A DNA stretch of 64,000 nucleotides, from assembly GCA_965242885.1 (NCBI GenBank), contig CBDETH010000008.1:150286-214285 (forward strand), in the 5' to 3' direction. The stretch is from a bacterium (GTDB lineage: Bacteria; JAAXHH01). A model generated the notes under the pieces. The model did no database searches and was not told the DNA's origin. It saw only the letters and a program-made list of their open reading frames with translations. The translations under genes were made by a program, and so were the position numbers. Of this stretch, positions 38,550 to 47,166 are shown in pieces (position 1 is the stretch's first letter; each line of letters opens with the position of its first letter).

Positions 38550-39548
38550 CTACAAAAACCTGCTGATATAATTGGAACGAACTTTCCGACTAGCAATCCG
38601 TTGAGTACTAGCCCTACAAGCATCTGCAAAATCAACATCCACTTTAGGGCGATCACTTAGTGGCTTATCTGAGTTAAACCTTTCGTCGATCTCAAATAGA
38701 GCTTCTTCTAGTTTCCTGCCCTTAGCACCCGAGTTCGAGTCCAGCGCAAGTACCAAAGAGAAAAACACAGGTTTTCTTGAGAAAATCGTATCGCGGATTG
38801 ACGAAGGTGATAACGAGACAATCCTATCAAACACCGAGTCCAGCCTCTTTTGGATTTCTGGAGCTTCGGCAAAGGACTCGTCATTGTCGGCATAGAGTTT
38901 CTTTAACCTGGAATTTGAGAAATCTGATAACCCCTCAATCATATTCAGAATGATGTCAGAGATAAACTCAACTTCTTGCATACGTGCGATGTTGTTCGCT
39001 GTGAATACTCTTAAATCTCTCCACAGAGATAACCGAGATGCTGCTTCACGTAAGCAAAACTGTTTAAACTCCCCACTAAAGTCTGCGTTACGCTTTTCTT
39101 GCAGGTTAAGAGTCTTAGCAACAGAATTCAAACGTCCAAAAACCTCAATAACATCTGCATCCGAAGCTCCTAGAAGCCACCCACCAGATAGTTTTGTTTC
39201 ACGAAATACTCTTTTTTGATTTGTTGAGAGCATTTCATAGGTCACCTTGCCTTGATGTACAGGATGATATGCAGCGTACTCACCGCTGATATATTCCAGA
39301 ATTGCTCGGATACGTTGCTGACCATCGACTACTTCTCTAAGGCTCCTATCCTGTTCTAGATCAACAATGTGCCTAAAGTAAAGAGTGGGAACTGGTTTCT
39401 GTTCAAACAGCGTATTAAGAAGGTACGACTTCTGGGGTATCGTCCACACAGAACGCCGTTGGTACCATGGATTTAACTTTAGCTCCTTGTGTTTCTCCCA
39501 GTTAACAAGATCTTGTACAATCAAAGGTTCATAATCTACACGATCCAT
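38550..39548 (-). CDS. DUF262 (ParB/Srx-like, DGQQR motif) protein
   Basis: …REVVDGQQRIRAILEY… is the DUF262/GmrS-like signature. Confidence 0.7.
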   Translation of the reverse strand: MDRVDYEPLIVQDLVNWEKHKELKLNPWYQRRSVWTIPQKSYLLNTLFEQKPVPTLYFRHIVDLEQDRSLREVVDGQQRIRAILEYISGEYAAYHPVHQGKVTYEMLSTNQKRVFRETKLSGGWLLGASDADVIEVFGRLNSVAKTLNLQEKRNADFSGEFKQFCLREAASRLSLWRDLRVFTANNIARMQEVEFISDIILNMIEGLSDFSNSRLKKLYADNDESFAEAPEIQKRLDSVFDRIVSLSPSSIRDTIFSRKPVFFSLVLALDSNSGAKGRKLEEALFEIDERFNSDKPLSDRPKVDVDFADACRASTQRIASRKVRSNYISRFL

Positions 39549-40024
39549 GTTCTTCTCCTCCAGTTTTGTCTTTGATACAGTACTACACGATGTTCACATC
39601 GTACCAAAGGTATTTAGTTGGTTTTAGTAGAGACAATGGAACTCAGATTTGCCCTGTCAATAAACTAATACTCATATAATCTTACACATCAACTTGACAC
39701 GGGTTTCCAAATACTTGTGATTTCACCGTTGTTCGGATTTACGATCGGTATTAAGTCTAAGAATTACCAGGTATCTCATTACGGAACATACTTGAATCAA
39801 TCCTCCTATAATGCCAAACACGAGTTGATAATTCGATCAACTCGCTATTCTCATTTAAAATCTAAAATACATAAATGTCTTATAAGCATGACATCTCAAT
39901 TGAAAGGTATTTGCGTAGTTCCTTTGGGATGATACCCCTGTGTACCCACTACCGACAATCGAAAATGCGGTACAAACTGAGTTTCCTAGCGTTTAAACGA
40001 CAATTGCTAATTTTAACTCTACGA

Positions 40025-40765
40025 CTATCTACTTGAGTGCCATTTATAACAAGATGACTCTTTCATCCATTCCGCAGAGACCCTGGCCAGTTCCTCCATG
40101 ACGGGTTCGTCGGTGTTCCGCCGCTTCAGTACCTTAAATCCATGATCCGCCGTATCCACGACGTGCAGCGTCGCGGTTGGCAGGTCGTCCGCGACCGGCT
40201 GCAGCAGATCCAGGTCCGCCATCGAGTCCCGCTGGCCGGACAGGAACAGCATGGGTACGTCGACCGCCTTCAGATGTTCGGCGCGCTCCGTGTTCTTCTT
40301 GCCCGCATGCAGGGGAAAGGCGAAGAACACGATGCCCCGCAGCCCTTCGATGGGTTCTCGGGCGCAGGCCGTCGAGACCATCCGGCCGCTCATGGAATGC
40401 CCGCCGGCGAACACCGGCAGCCCGTCGGCGCTTTCCTTCGCCGTCTCGATGGCCGCCCGCACCGTGGCCAGGCGCACCTTCTCGCCGTCCATCCCCCCGC
40501 CGCCCTTTTCGGAATAGGGATAGTTGAATCGCAATGTGGCGACTCCCGCATCGTTCAATGCTTCGCTCAGTTCCTCCATGAACCGATGGCGCATGTTCGT
40601 GCCCGATCCGTGTCCCAACACGAGCAGGGCATGTGCGGCGGCCGGACCGCCGGCGCCGCCTGTGCCACCTGCGCCTGATGAGCCGCCCGGCCTCGCCAGA
40701 ATGGCCGATACCTCGCCTTTCTCTTCAGTCGTTATGAACTTCAATTCTCTCGTATCAACGGACAT
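40025..40765 (-). CDS. Alpha/beta hydrolase (dienelactone-hydrolase-like)
   Basis: GHSMSG nucleophile elbow and a C-terminal DHGF His; Gly-rich insert near the N-terminus. Confidence 0.6.
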   Translation of the reverse strand: MSVDTRELKFITTEEKGEVSAILARPGGSSGAGGTGGAGGPAAAHALLVLGHGSGTNMRHRFMEELSEALNDAGVATLRFNYPYSEKGGGGMDGEKVRLATVRAAIETAKESADGLPVFAGGHSMSGRMVSTACAREPIEGLRGIVFFAFPLHAGKKNTERAEHLKAVDVPMLFLSGQRDSMADLDLLQPVADDLPTATLHVVDTADHGFKVLKRRNTDEPVMEELARVSAEWMKESSCYKWHSSR

Positions 40766-40861
40766 TCAAACCTCCAGCTTAGCTCGTTTTTCTGCCTCCG
40801 GATATTTCGATAAATCTCCCTGGCGGACTGTCCACACAAGATGATCTTCTACTGCGTTGTG

Positions 40862-41359
40862 CTACTGCGCCGCGCGTTTCGGATAGTCGTATAGCACACC
40901 GTCGCCGGGCACATCGCCCACGGTGGACCAGGTGTCTACCTGGAACCTGAGGTGCAGCACGGCGCAGGTGGGCATATTGAAGATCTCTCGCGGGCCGATG
41001 TGATTCGCAAGATCCGTCAAACCGGGATTGTGCCCGAAGAGCATCAGGCTATCCACCGAATCATCCACGCCCCGGATCACGTGGAGCAGTTCGTCAACGC
41101 CCGCGTGAAAGAGGCGCTCCTCCACCGCGATGCGCTCGCGGGGGTACCCGAGCTTCCCGGCGACGCTCCGCGCCGTGGCCAGCGCCCGGATCGCGGAACT
41201 CGAGACGATCAGATCCGGTTCGCATCCGCTCCGTGCCAGCCGCTCCCCCATCTCCGGCGCGTCTCGCTTCCCGCGCTTGTTCAGCGGCCGGTCATGATCG
41301 CGGAGGGTGGGGTCTTTCCAGCTCGACTTGGCGTGCCGTACCAGGATGAGTTCCTTCAC
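40862..41359 (-). CDS. Histidine phosphatase family protein (SixA-like phosphohistidine phosphatase)
   Basis: LILVRHAKS (RHG-type motif) and a C-terminal H. Confidence 0.75.
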   Translation of the reverse strand: MKELILVRHAKSSWKDPTLRDHDRPLNKRGKRDAPEMGERLARSGCEPDLIVSSSAIRALATARSVAGKLGYPRERIAVEERLFHAGVDELLHVIRGVDDSVDSLMLFGHNPGLTDLANHIGPREIFNMPTCAVLHLRFQVDTWSTVGDVPGDGVLYDYPKRAAQ

Positions 41360-41374
41360 CTGGAAGCGCTCCCA

Positions 41375-41464
41375 TGGACGAGTTCCGTCGAACGACGACT
41401 CACGTGGACGGGTTCCTTCGAACGACTACTCCTATGGACGAGTTCCGTCGAACGACGACTCACG
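41375..41464. repeat. Three tandem ~30-nt repeats (tggacgagttccgtcgaacgacgactcacg) upstream of the SixA-like gene
   Basis: Direct reading. Confidence 0.8.
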
Positions 41465-41474
41465 CGAAGATGAC

Positions 41475-42338
41475 TCACGCCACCGAGCGCCGGTCCGCTT
41501 TGGCCTTCGCGGGCAGGCTGAACGGACGGTCGTGGCGGAGACTCGGCACGCGGCCGCGCGCGCTGGCGACGCTGCCCAGGTCCACCGTTGCGACGATGAC
41601 GCCCACGTCTTCGCCGCCGTCGGCCAGGACCTCGCCCCAGGGGGAGATGATGAGCGAATGACCGTACACCTCGCCGCCGCCCGGAATCGAACCCGCAGCG
41701 CAGGGGGCCACCACTATGGCGCTGTTCTCGATGGCCCGTGCGCGGTTCAGCACGTGCCAGTGGGCCTGTCCCGTCGTCTTTGTGAACGCCGCAGGTACGG
41801 CGAGGATCTCGGCGCCGGCCTGTGCCAGCGTGCGGTAGAGCTGGGGAAAGCGCAGGTCGTAACAGGTGGTCATGCCCAGCCGGCCCCAGGGCGTGTCCGC
41901 CACCACGGCCGTCTCGCCGGGGGAGACGACGTCCGATTCCCGGTACTGCTCGTCCCGGGAGAGGTCCACGTCGAAGAGGTGGATCTTGTCGTAGCGCGCG
42001 CGGATCTCCCCCTGGTCGTCCACCAGGAAACCCCGGTTGATGAGCCGGCCGTCCAGCCCGTCCACCGCCACGGAGCCAATGAGCGTCCACACGCCTGCGT
42101 TCCGCGTGAAATCCCGCAGGGCCGCGACCACGGGATGGTCCGCCTCCGGCGCCGAGGGCGGACAGATCATGCCGTTGTCGGTTTTGAGGCCGCCGCAGAA
42201 CTCGGGCAGGCACACCAGATCGGCGCCCTTCGCCACCGCGTCGCCCGCGAGGCGGCTGGCGACCTCGATGGCCTCCTCGAAGGTCGCCGTGGCCGGCGTC
42301 TGCACACAACCGATACGTACTTCGTTGCTTGAACTCAT
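41475..42338 (-). CDS. Carbon-nitrogen hydrolase (nitrilase superfamily)
   Basis: E-K-C triad context (…LVCLPE…, …KIHLFD…, …MTTCYDLRFP…). Confidence 0.85.
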   Translation of the reverse strand: MSSSNEVRIGCVQTPATATFEEAIEVASRLAGDAVAKGADLVCLPEFCGGLKTDNGMICPPSAPEADHPVVAALRDFTRNAGVWTLIGSVAVDGLDGRLINRGFLVDDQGEIRARYDKIHLFDVDLSRDEQYRESDVVSPGETAVVADTPWGRLGMTTCYDLRFPQLYRTLAQAGAEILAVPAAFTKTTGQAHWHVLNRARAIENSAIVVAPCAAGSIPGGGEVYGHSLIISPWGEVLADGGEDVGVIVATVDLGSVASARGRVPSLRHDRPFSLPAKAKADRRSVA

Positions 42339-42452
42339 GGCTGCTCTCCTGTGATTGCGTAATGCTGATCTGCGAGTCCTGACTTACTGATGCGGCCAGG
42401 GCACTCATGCATTCAGAATGCCCAGACCGCTCGTGACGTTCTCCCAACGCGG

Positions 42453-44930
42453 CTAATGCGGTATCCCCAGTTGATGCATCCTGCGGTGAATCGCCTCCCG
42501 CGCCTCGACGAAGGGCCGCTCCAGGTAGGCGAGATGGTCTTCCTCGCCGTGATGATGGGTGGCCGTGCCGGGTTCGTGCCGCGCCGCGGTCCGGCGGATG
42601 TACTGCAGGTCGCCGTCGATGAGGGTGAGCATGTACTGGGCGGCGTCCCGGTCGAACATCCACCACTCGCCCCCGCAGGCGACGTAGACCGGCGAGGTGT
42701 GGGCGAAGATCCCCCGTCCCCAGCCGTCGTGATGGGGCACGCTGGTATAGTCCGGCCCCGCGCATCGCGCGGCCAGCCAGGTGTGCCCGTCCACCTTCAC
42801 GTGCGCCTTCAGCTCCAGGCGGCGCGTTCCGTTGCGGTCCTCCGTGGAGGCCACGACGCGGCCGCCCTGGACGATTTCCAGCGTATGGATCGGGAAGATG
42901 CTCTCCGACCAGGCCTGGACCTCCACCGTGCCGGGACCCGACACCTGCACCGTGTCGCCCACCTGGTGCCCGTCCACGGAGAGGTGGATGATGGGGCCGC
43001 CGCTGTGGAAGGTGCGCCCCTGCGAGACGGCGTTGCACCAGTTGTCGTAGGTGAAGTCCTGTTCGGGCATGTAGGCGTAGGTGCGGTACAGCCCGACGGG
43101 CACGTCGCTGCTCATCTTGTCCGTGCCGCCCACCAAGGGCAGCTTGTACCCGCAGTTGAGATAGCGGTAGTATTCGATGTGGTTGAAGGGCTGGTGGCGC
43201 AGCATCTCCACGCCGTCCACGCGGCCCGTGGCGATGAGCGCCGCGGGCTCTCCGTTCGGGTTGGGGAGATGGGGGATGATGACCGATCCGCCCTGGGCGT
43301 GGCACTGGTCCGCCCAGTCGCTCATGGTGATCTCCAGCGTGCCGCCCAGTTCCGCCTCTCCCGGGCCGTCGGTGCACCAGGGCATGACCGGCTCCTTCAG
43401 GCCCCAGAGGATGAGGTGGCCCAGGAAGTGCTGCCGGTTCTCCTGGCCCACGTAGACGATGTTGTTCCCGTCCTGCGAGACGCTCGGCCGGCCCGTGAAA
43501 TCCTCCGTGTTCGTGAAGAGATTGCCCCACTGCGAGGGCAGCAGGTTCACGATGTTCAGGTCCTCCCCCTGGGACTCGGTGTGGCTGCCCTGCGTGGAGA
43601 GGAAATGGACGTGCGAATCTCCGCTGTACCACCCTTGCGCATTCATGTTCACCCAGCGCTTGAGGCGAAGAGTCAGTTCCTGCTGGCCCGGTTCGATCTT
43701 CACCCGGGTCCGCAGCGGCTCGTACTCGAACCCCCGCGCCACGTCCACGATAACCTCGCCGCGGGGCAGCCATCCCTGACATTTCCCGTCGATGTAGGCA
43801 TAGGTGATCTGGCCCAGCCGGAGGTCCCCGCCGATGTCGATGTGCCAGGTGTCCAGGTTGGAGTTGACCTGATTGTGGTGGCCGTAGGGCTGGTAGGGGA
43901 TGCCTTCGGGCGAGCGGAAGTGGACGCGGCACGGGACCGGCCTTCCCGTGTCGTCATCGAGGACGGTGACGTTCACCCAGTTCCGCCCCCGGTCCAGAAG
44001 TTCCACGCGCATGCGCGGCGTCTCGACCACCTTCTTCTGCTCCACGTCGCCCCATTTGACCTCGCCGACGGTTTCCTCTCCCTGTTTCACCGACAGCGTC
44101 GCGGACGGGATGGCCGCCACTTCGACGTAGGCCGGGCTCGACTTCGGGTTCTGGGCCTCGCCCCATCCGGCGAAATCGTCGTCGACGAAGTCATTGGCCG
44201 ACGCTTCGGGCAGGGGATGGACGTAGGAGGCGATGCCCCGGTCCACGTCCACGCGCAGGTCGAAGGGCTTTTCGGCGTCGTCGGGATCCGTCAGCGTTAG
44301 GCGCGCCTCGCGTTTGCCCTGGCGGACGAAGGGATGCTCGTTGGCCTGCGAGACCGTCAGTCCGGCGATGATGAAAGGCGGCCCGGCCGGGATGACCTCC
44401 AGCGATTCGATCACGCGGTCGGGATGGGGGTTCCGCCAGGCCCAGAGGTAGTATCCCCTGGAATAGTCTCCCGTGACTTCCGTCTGGCGCTTGCCCGAGT
44501 TGCCCCAGTTATCCCCCGCGTAACGCCGCATCTTCACCGGACCCCGGTCCGGGAGGGCGATAAAAGGCTTGCCCCCCAGGGAGATATGGCCGATTTCAAA
44601 GCGTTCGCGGATGGGTACGCGGATCTCGTCGCCGCCCTCCAGGCGGAACACGTAGTCGGCCACGGGGATCCCCAGCGGACCGCCTTCCATCAGGTCGGAT
44701 TTCAGCAGGCGATGGGCCAGGATCAAGCCCGTGGCCCGGCTGTTGACGGGAATGGTCACGCCGCCGGAGTTCTTGTCGAAGGCGATGAAACAGTTCGCGG
44801 GATCGTCGTTCACCCGGAAGGGCAGGCCGCGGCACAGTTGTTCGCCGATCGGCGTGTTGGGCTTCTCATCCAAGACGTCGAGACCGGCGTTACACAGTTC
44901 GGACAGGTCGAGGGGCTGGTAGTCTGGCAT
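42453..44930 (-). CDS. Large hypothetical protein with a PHP/CehA-McbA-like metallohydrolase-looking region
   Basis: 848-aa track ORF; start chosen at MPDYQPL; DSHVHF and …IPHLPNPNG… metal-binding-like motifs. Confidence 0.35.
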   Translation of the reverse strand: MPDYQPLDLSELCNAGLDVLDEKPNTPIGEQLCRGLPFRVNDDPANCFIAFDKNSGGVTIPVNSRATGLILAHRLLKSDLMEGGPLGIPVADYVFRLEGGDEIRVPIRERFEIGHISLGGKPFIALPDRGPVKMRRYAGDNWGNSGKRQTEVTGDYSRGYYLWAWRNPHPDRVIESLEVIPAGPPFIIAGLTVSQANEHPFVRQGKREARLTLTDPDDAEKPFDLRVDVDRGIASYVHPLPEASANDFVDDDFAGWGEAQNPKSSPAYVEVAAIPSATLSVKQGEETVGEVKWGDVEQKKVVETPRMRVELLDRGRNWVNVTVLDDDTGRPVPCRVHFRSPEGIPYQPYGHHNQVNSNLDTWHIDIGGDLRLGQITYAYIDGKCQGWLPRGEVIVDVARGFEYEPLRTRVKIEPGQQELTLRLKRWVNMNAQGWYSGDSHVHFLSTQGSHTESQGEDLNIVNLLPSQWGNLFTNTEDFTGRPSVSQDGNNIVYVGQENRQHFLGHLILWGLKEPVMPWCTDGPGEAELGGTLEITMSDWADQCHAQGGSVIIPHLPNPNGEPAALIATGRVDGVEMLRHQPFNHIEYYRYLNCGYKLPLVGGTDKMSSDVPVGLYRTYAYMPEQDFTYDNWCNAVSQGRTFHSGGPIIHLSVDGHQVGDTVQVSGPGTVEVQAWSESIFPIHTLEIVQGGRVVASTEDRNGTRRLELKAHVKVDGHTWLAARCAGPDYTSVPHHDGWGRGIFAHTSPVYVACGGEWWMFDRDAAQYMLTLIDGDLQYIRRTAARHEPGTATHHHGEEDHLAYLERPFVEAREAIHRRMHQLGIPH

Positions 44931-44992
44931 GAGTGCGCCTCTTTTTCGAATGTGACTTAAGGTGACGCTCGTGGTATTTTGAAGCGTGTTTT

Positions 44993-45027
44993 TGTACAAA
45001 TTTCAAATTGAACTTGAAAATTGTACA
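44993..45027. promoter_or_regulatory. 35-bp palindromic operator-like site TGTACAAATTTCAA-N7-TTGAAAATTGTACA in a divergent intergenic region
   Basis: The arms match 13/14 as an inverted repeat; the region is AT-rich and ~370 bp upstream of the cupin gene. Confidence 0.5.
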
Positions 45028-45394
45028 GAGTTACCGAACAGAAACGCAAATCTGACTCGACTTTACTGCGGTTACTGTCAAACTTACAACAAGCACGACT
45101 TCAGGCAAATGATTAACCTCGGGAGGTTGACGGATTTCGAACATTTAATGCGACGGTAAGTCCCGCCCATTGCACGGAATGGGATCACACACCCTCCCAT
45201 TGATCCTTGATGTATCGTTAAGGGGGTCTTATAATACACTTTTGTAAAGTCATTCGAATTATGGCTACGGTTTTCGACGGTCGGATTCCCAAAACTTTCA
45301 ATAGTCTGATAACCACTTTCGTTGTGCGCATGACCGCGACTTTCGAAGATTTGATCGCAAACGCAACGTCACGCAAATTCGAAAGGAACCTCCG

Positions 45395-45751
45395 ATGGCC
45401 CACCACAAGGCCCTGATGAAGAGCGGCTTCCTCCTGCCCACGTGCGAGAGGCACTTCCACGACCATGACGAGACCTGGCTTATCCTCAAAGGAAGCGGGA
45501 CGGGATTCTGGATCGATCACGACGGCAACCGGGAGGATTTCGTCCTGGAAGCGGGAGACGTCTGGATGATCCCCGCGGGTTTCGAACACGGTTGCGCCGG
45601 GACGAACAGCGAAGACTTCACGATCAGTGTCTTCGACGGGACGAAGCCGCCCGGGTGCCACGATCACGCCCATTACTACATCGAAAATGAAGGGTACATC
45701 CCCTCGTTTAAACTGGTCAAGACGCCGACGGACCGGTACGCATCGTCTTAG
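45395..45751 (+). CDS. Cupin-domain protein
   Basis: Two-His/Glu cupin motif pattern (…HDHDETWLILKGSG…, …GFEHG…). Confidence 0.55.
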   Translation: MAHHKALMKSGFLLPTCERHFHDHDETWLILKGSGTGFWIDHDGNREDFVLEAGDVWMIPAGFEHGCAGTNSEDFTISVFDGTKPPGCHDHAHYYIENEGYIPSFKLVKTPTDRYASS

Positions 45752-45862
45752 GTGGGTGTGGTCTGGACCGGCTTAGGCGTCGCGGTCTGAACCGGCGCCG
45801 AAGACGAACGATCCATCTACTTCAGCACACGTATTCAAGAAACATCGACAAGGAACATCTAC

Positions 45863-46189
45863 ATGGATTCCAGGGACGACTGGGAGCGCGCCGAACACGA
45901 CTACGTGCAGTGCCTGAAGCGGCTCGAGGCCGCCAGGGCCGATCTCGATGCGGCGCGCAAAGCGCTGCTGGACCTCACCCCGGAGGAGGGACGCAGCGGC
46001 AGGCTGCTCAACGTCCGCTACCGGAAGAACCGGGGCGCCGTGGACTGGAGGGCGGCGCTGCACGCGGTCCTGGAATCGGACGAAGTGGCCCTCGACGAAA
46101 TCGGCGACAAGTACCGCAAACCGGAATCGGGCGCCTGGTACGTCCGGCTGAACAGACTGGCGGTGAACGCGCAGCGCCCGGGCGGGTAA
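45863..46189 (+). CDS. Hypothetical protein
   Basis: 108-aa ORF in coding-like context; no motif recognised. Confidence 0.3.
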   Translation: MDSRDDWERAEHDYVQCLKRLEAARADLDAARKALLDLTPEEGRSGRLLNVRYRKNRGAVDWRAALHAVLESDEVALDEIGDKYRKPESGAWYVRLNRLAVNAQRPGG

Positions 46190-46191
46190 CC

Positions 46192-47121
46192 ATGGACCTC
46201 AGTTTTTTCACGAGCGCGGGAGGGGACGCCTGGTCCCTGGCGGAATGCGCCGGCTGGGCGAAGGAGAACGGGTTCGACGCGGTGCGGCTTTCGGCCGGAG
46301 GGGCCGTCGAACCGGACCGCATCCTCGAAGGCGGGCCCGGCGAGGTCAACGACACGCTGAATTCGCAAGGCGTCTACCTGGCCGCGCTGTCGGCCCACAA
46401 TAACCTGCTGGACGACGACGTGGCGCAGGCGGACGCGGCGGAAGAGCGGCTCCGCAAGGCCGTCCTGGCAGCCTCGGCACTGGGCGTATCTGTGGTCGTT
46501 ACCCATGCCGGCAGTCCCGTGGGCTGGCATTTCTACGGTCAGTTTTCCTCTCCGCCCGGTAACCCCGGCGACCGGTCCGTGGAACTGGTGGAACGGTTCC
46601 GGGCGCGTTACACGCCCATCGTGAAGCTGGCCGAAGACCACGGCGTAACCATCGCCCTGGACGGCGCGGTGCGCATGGGGAACATCGCCTGCAACCCGGA
46701 GATGTGGGAGCGGGTGCTCGACGCGGTGCCGTCCGATCACCTGGGCCTTTCCTGCGATCCCTCCCACTGGTTGTGGATGATGATCCTGCCCGCCGAGGAC
46801 GCCATCCGCATGTTCGCGGGCAAATGGGTCTACGCGGACGTGAAGGACGCCGAGGTGAGTCCCGCCATGCTGTTCCGCCAGGGCATCATCGGCAACTGGT
46901 GGTGGCAGTACCGCGTGCCGGGCCGGGGCCAGCTGAACTGGGGCACCGTCATCGGCGCGCTGGTCGAGTCGGGCTATGACTACGTCCTCTGCGTCGAGAA
47001 CGAGGACCGCGGCATGCCGGGACTGGCCGGATTCGCCCTGGGCGGCCGCCATCTTCGCCAGTTCCTCCCACCCGCCGACGCGGAATACCAGCAGCCGGGC
47101 GGGCCCTGGAACGTATCCTGA
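46192..47121 (+). CDS. Sugar phosphate isomerase/epimerase (xylose-isomerase-like TIM barrel)
   Basis: AP-endonuclease-2/TIM-barrel signatures; start chosen at MDLSFF immediately after the upstream stop. Confidence 0.7.
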   Translation: MDLSFFTSAGGDAWSLAECAGWAKENGFDAVRLSAGGAVEPDRILEGGPGEVNDTLNSQGVYLAALSAHNNLLDDDVAQADAAEERLRKAVLAASALGVSVVVTHAGSPVGWHFYGQFSSPPGNPGDRSVELVERFRARYTPIVKLAEDHGVTIALDGAVRMGNIACNPEMWERVLDAVPSDHLGLSCDPSHWLWMMILPAEDAIRMFAGKWVYADVKDAEVSPAMLFRQGIIGNWWWQYRVPGRGQLNWGTVIGALVESGYDYVLCVENEDRGMPGLAGFALGGRHLRQFLPPADAEYQQPGGPWNVS

Positions 47122-47166
47122 GCGATTCTCGCGCGCACCGCCTGGTCTCACTCTTCGGAGCTCTCC

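Noticed and set aside
39549-40024. tRNA or integrase attachment site at the right island boundary
   Set aside because: No cloverleaf-capable sequence (no conserved GTTC…/acceptor-stem pairing) and no integrase ORF nearby. The region is just an AT-rich non-coding stretch
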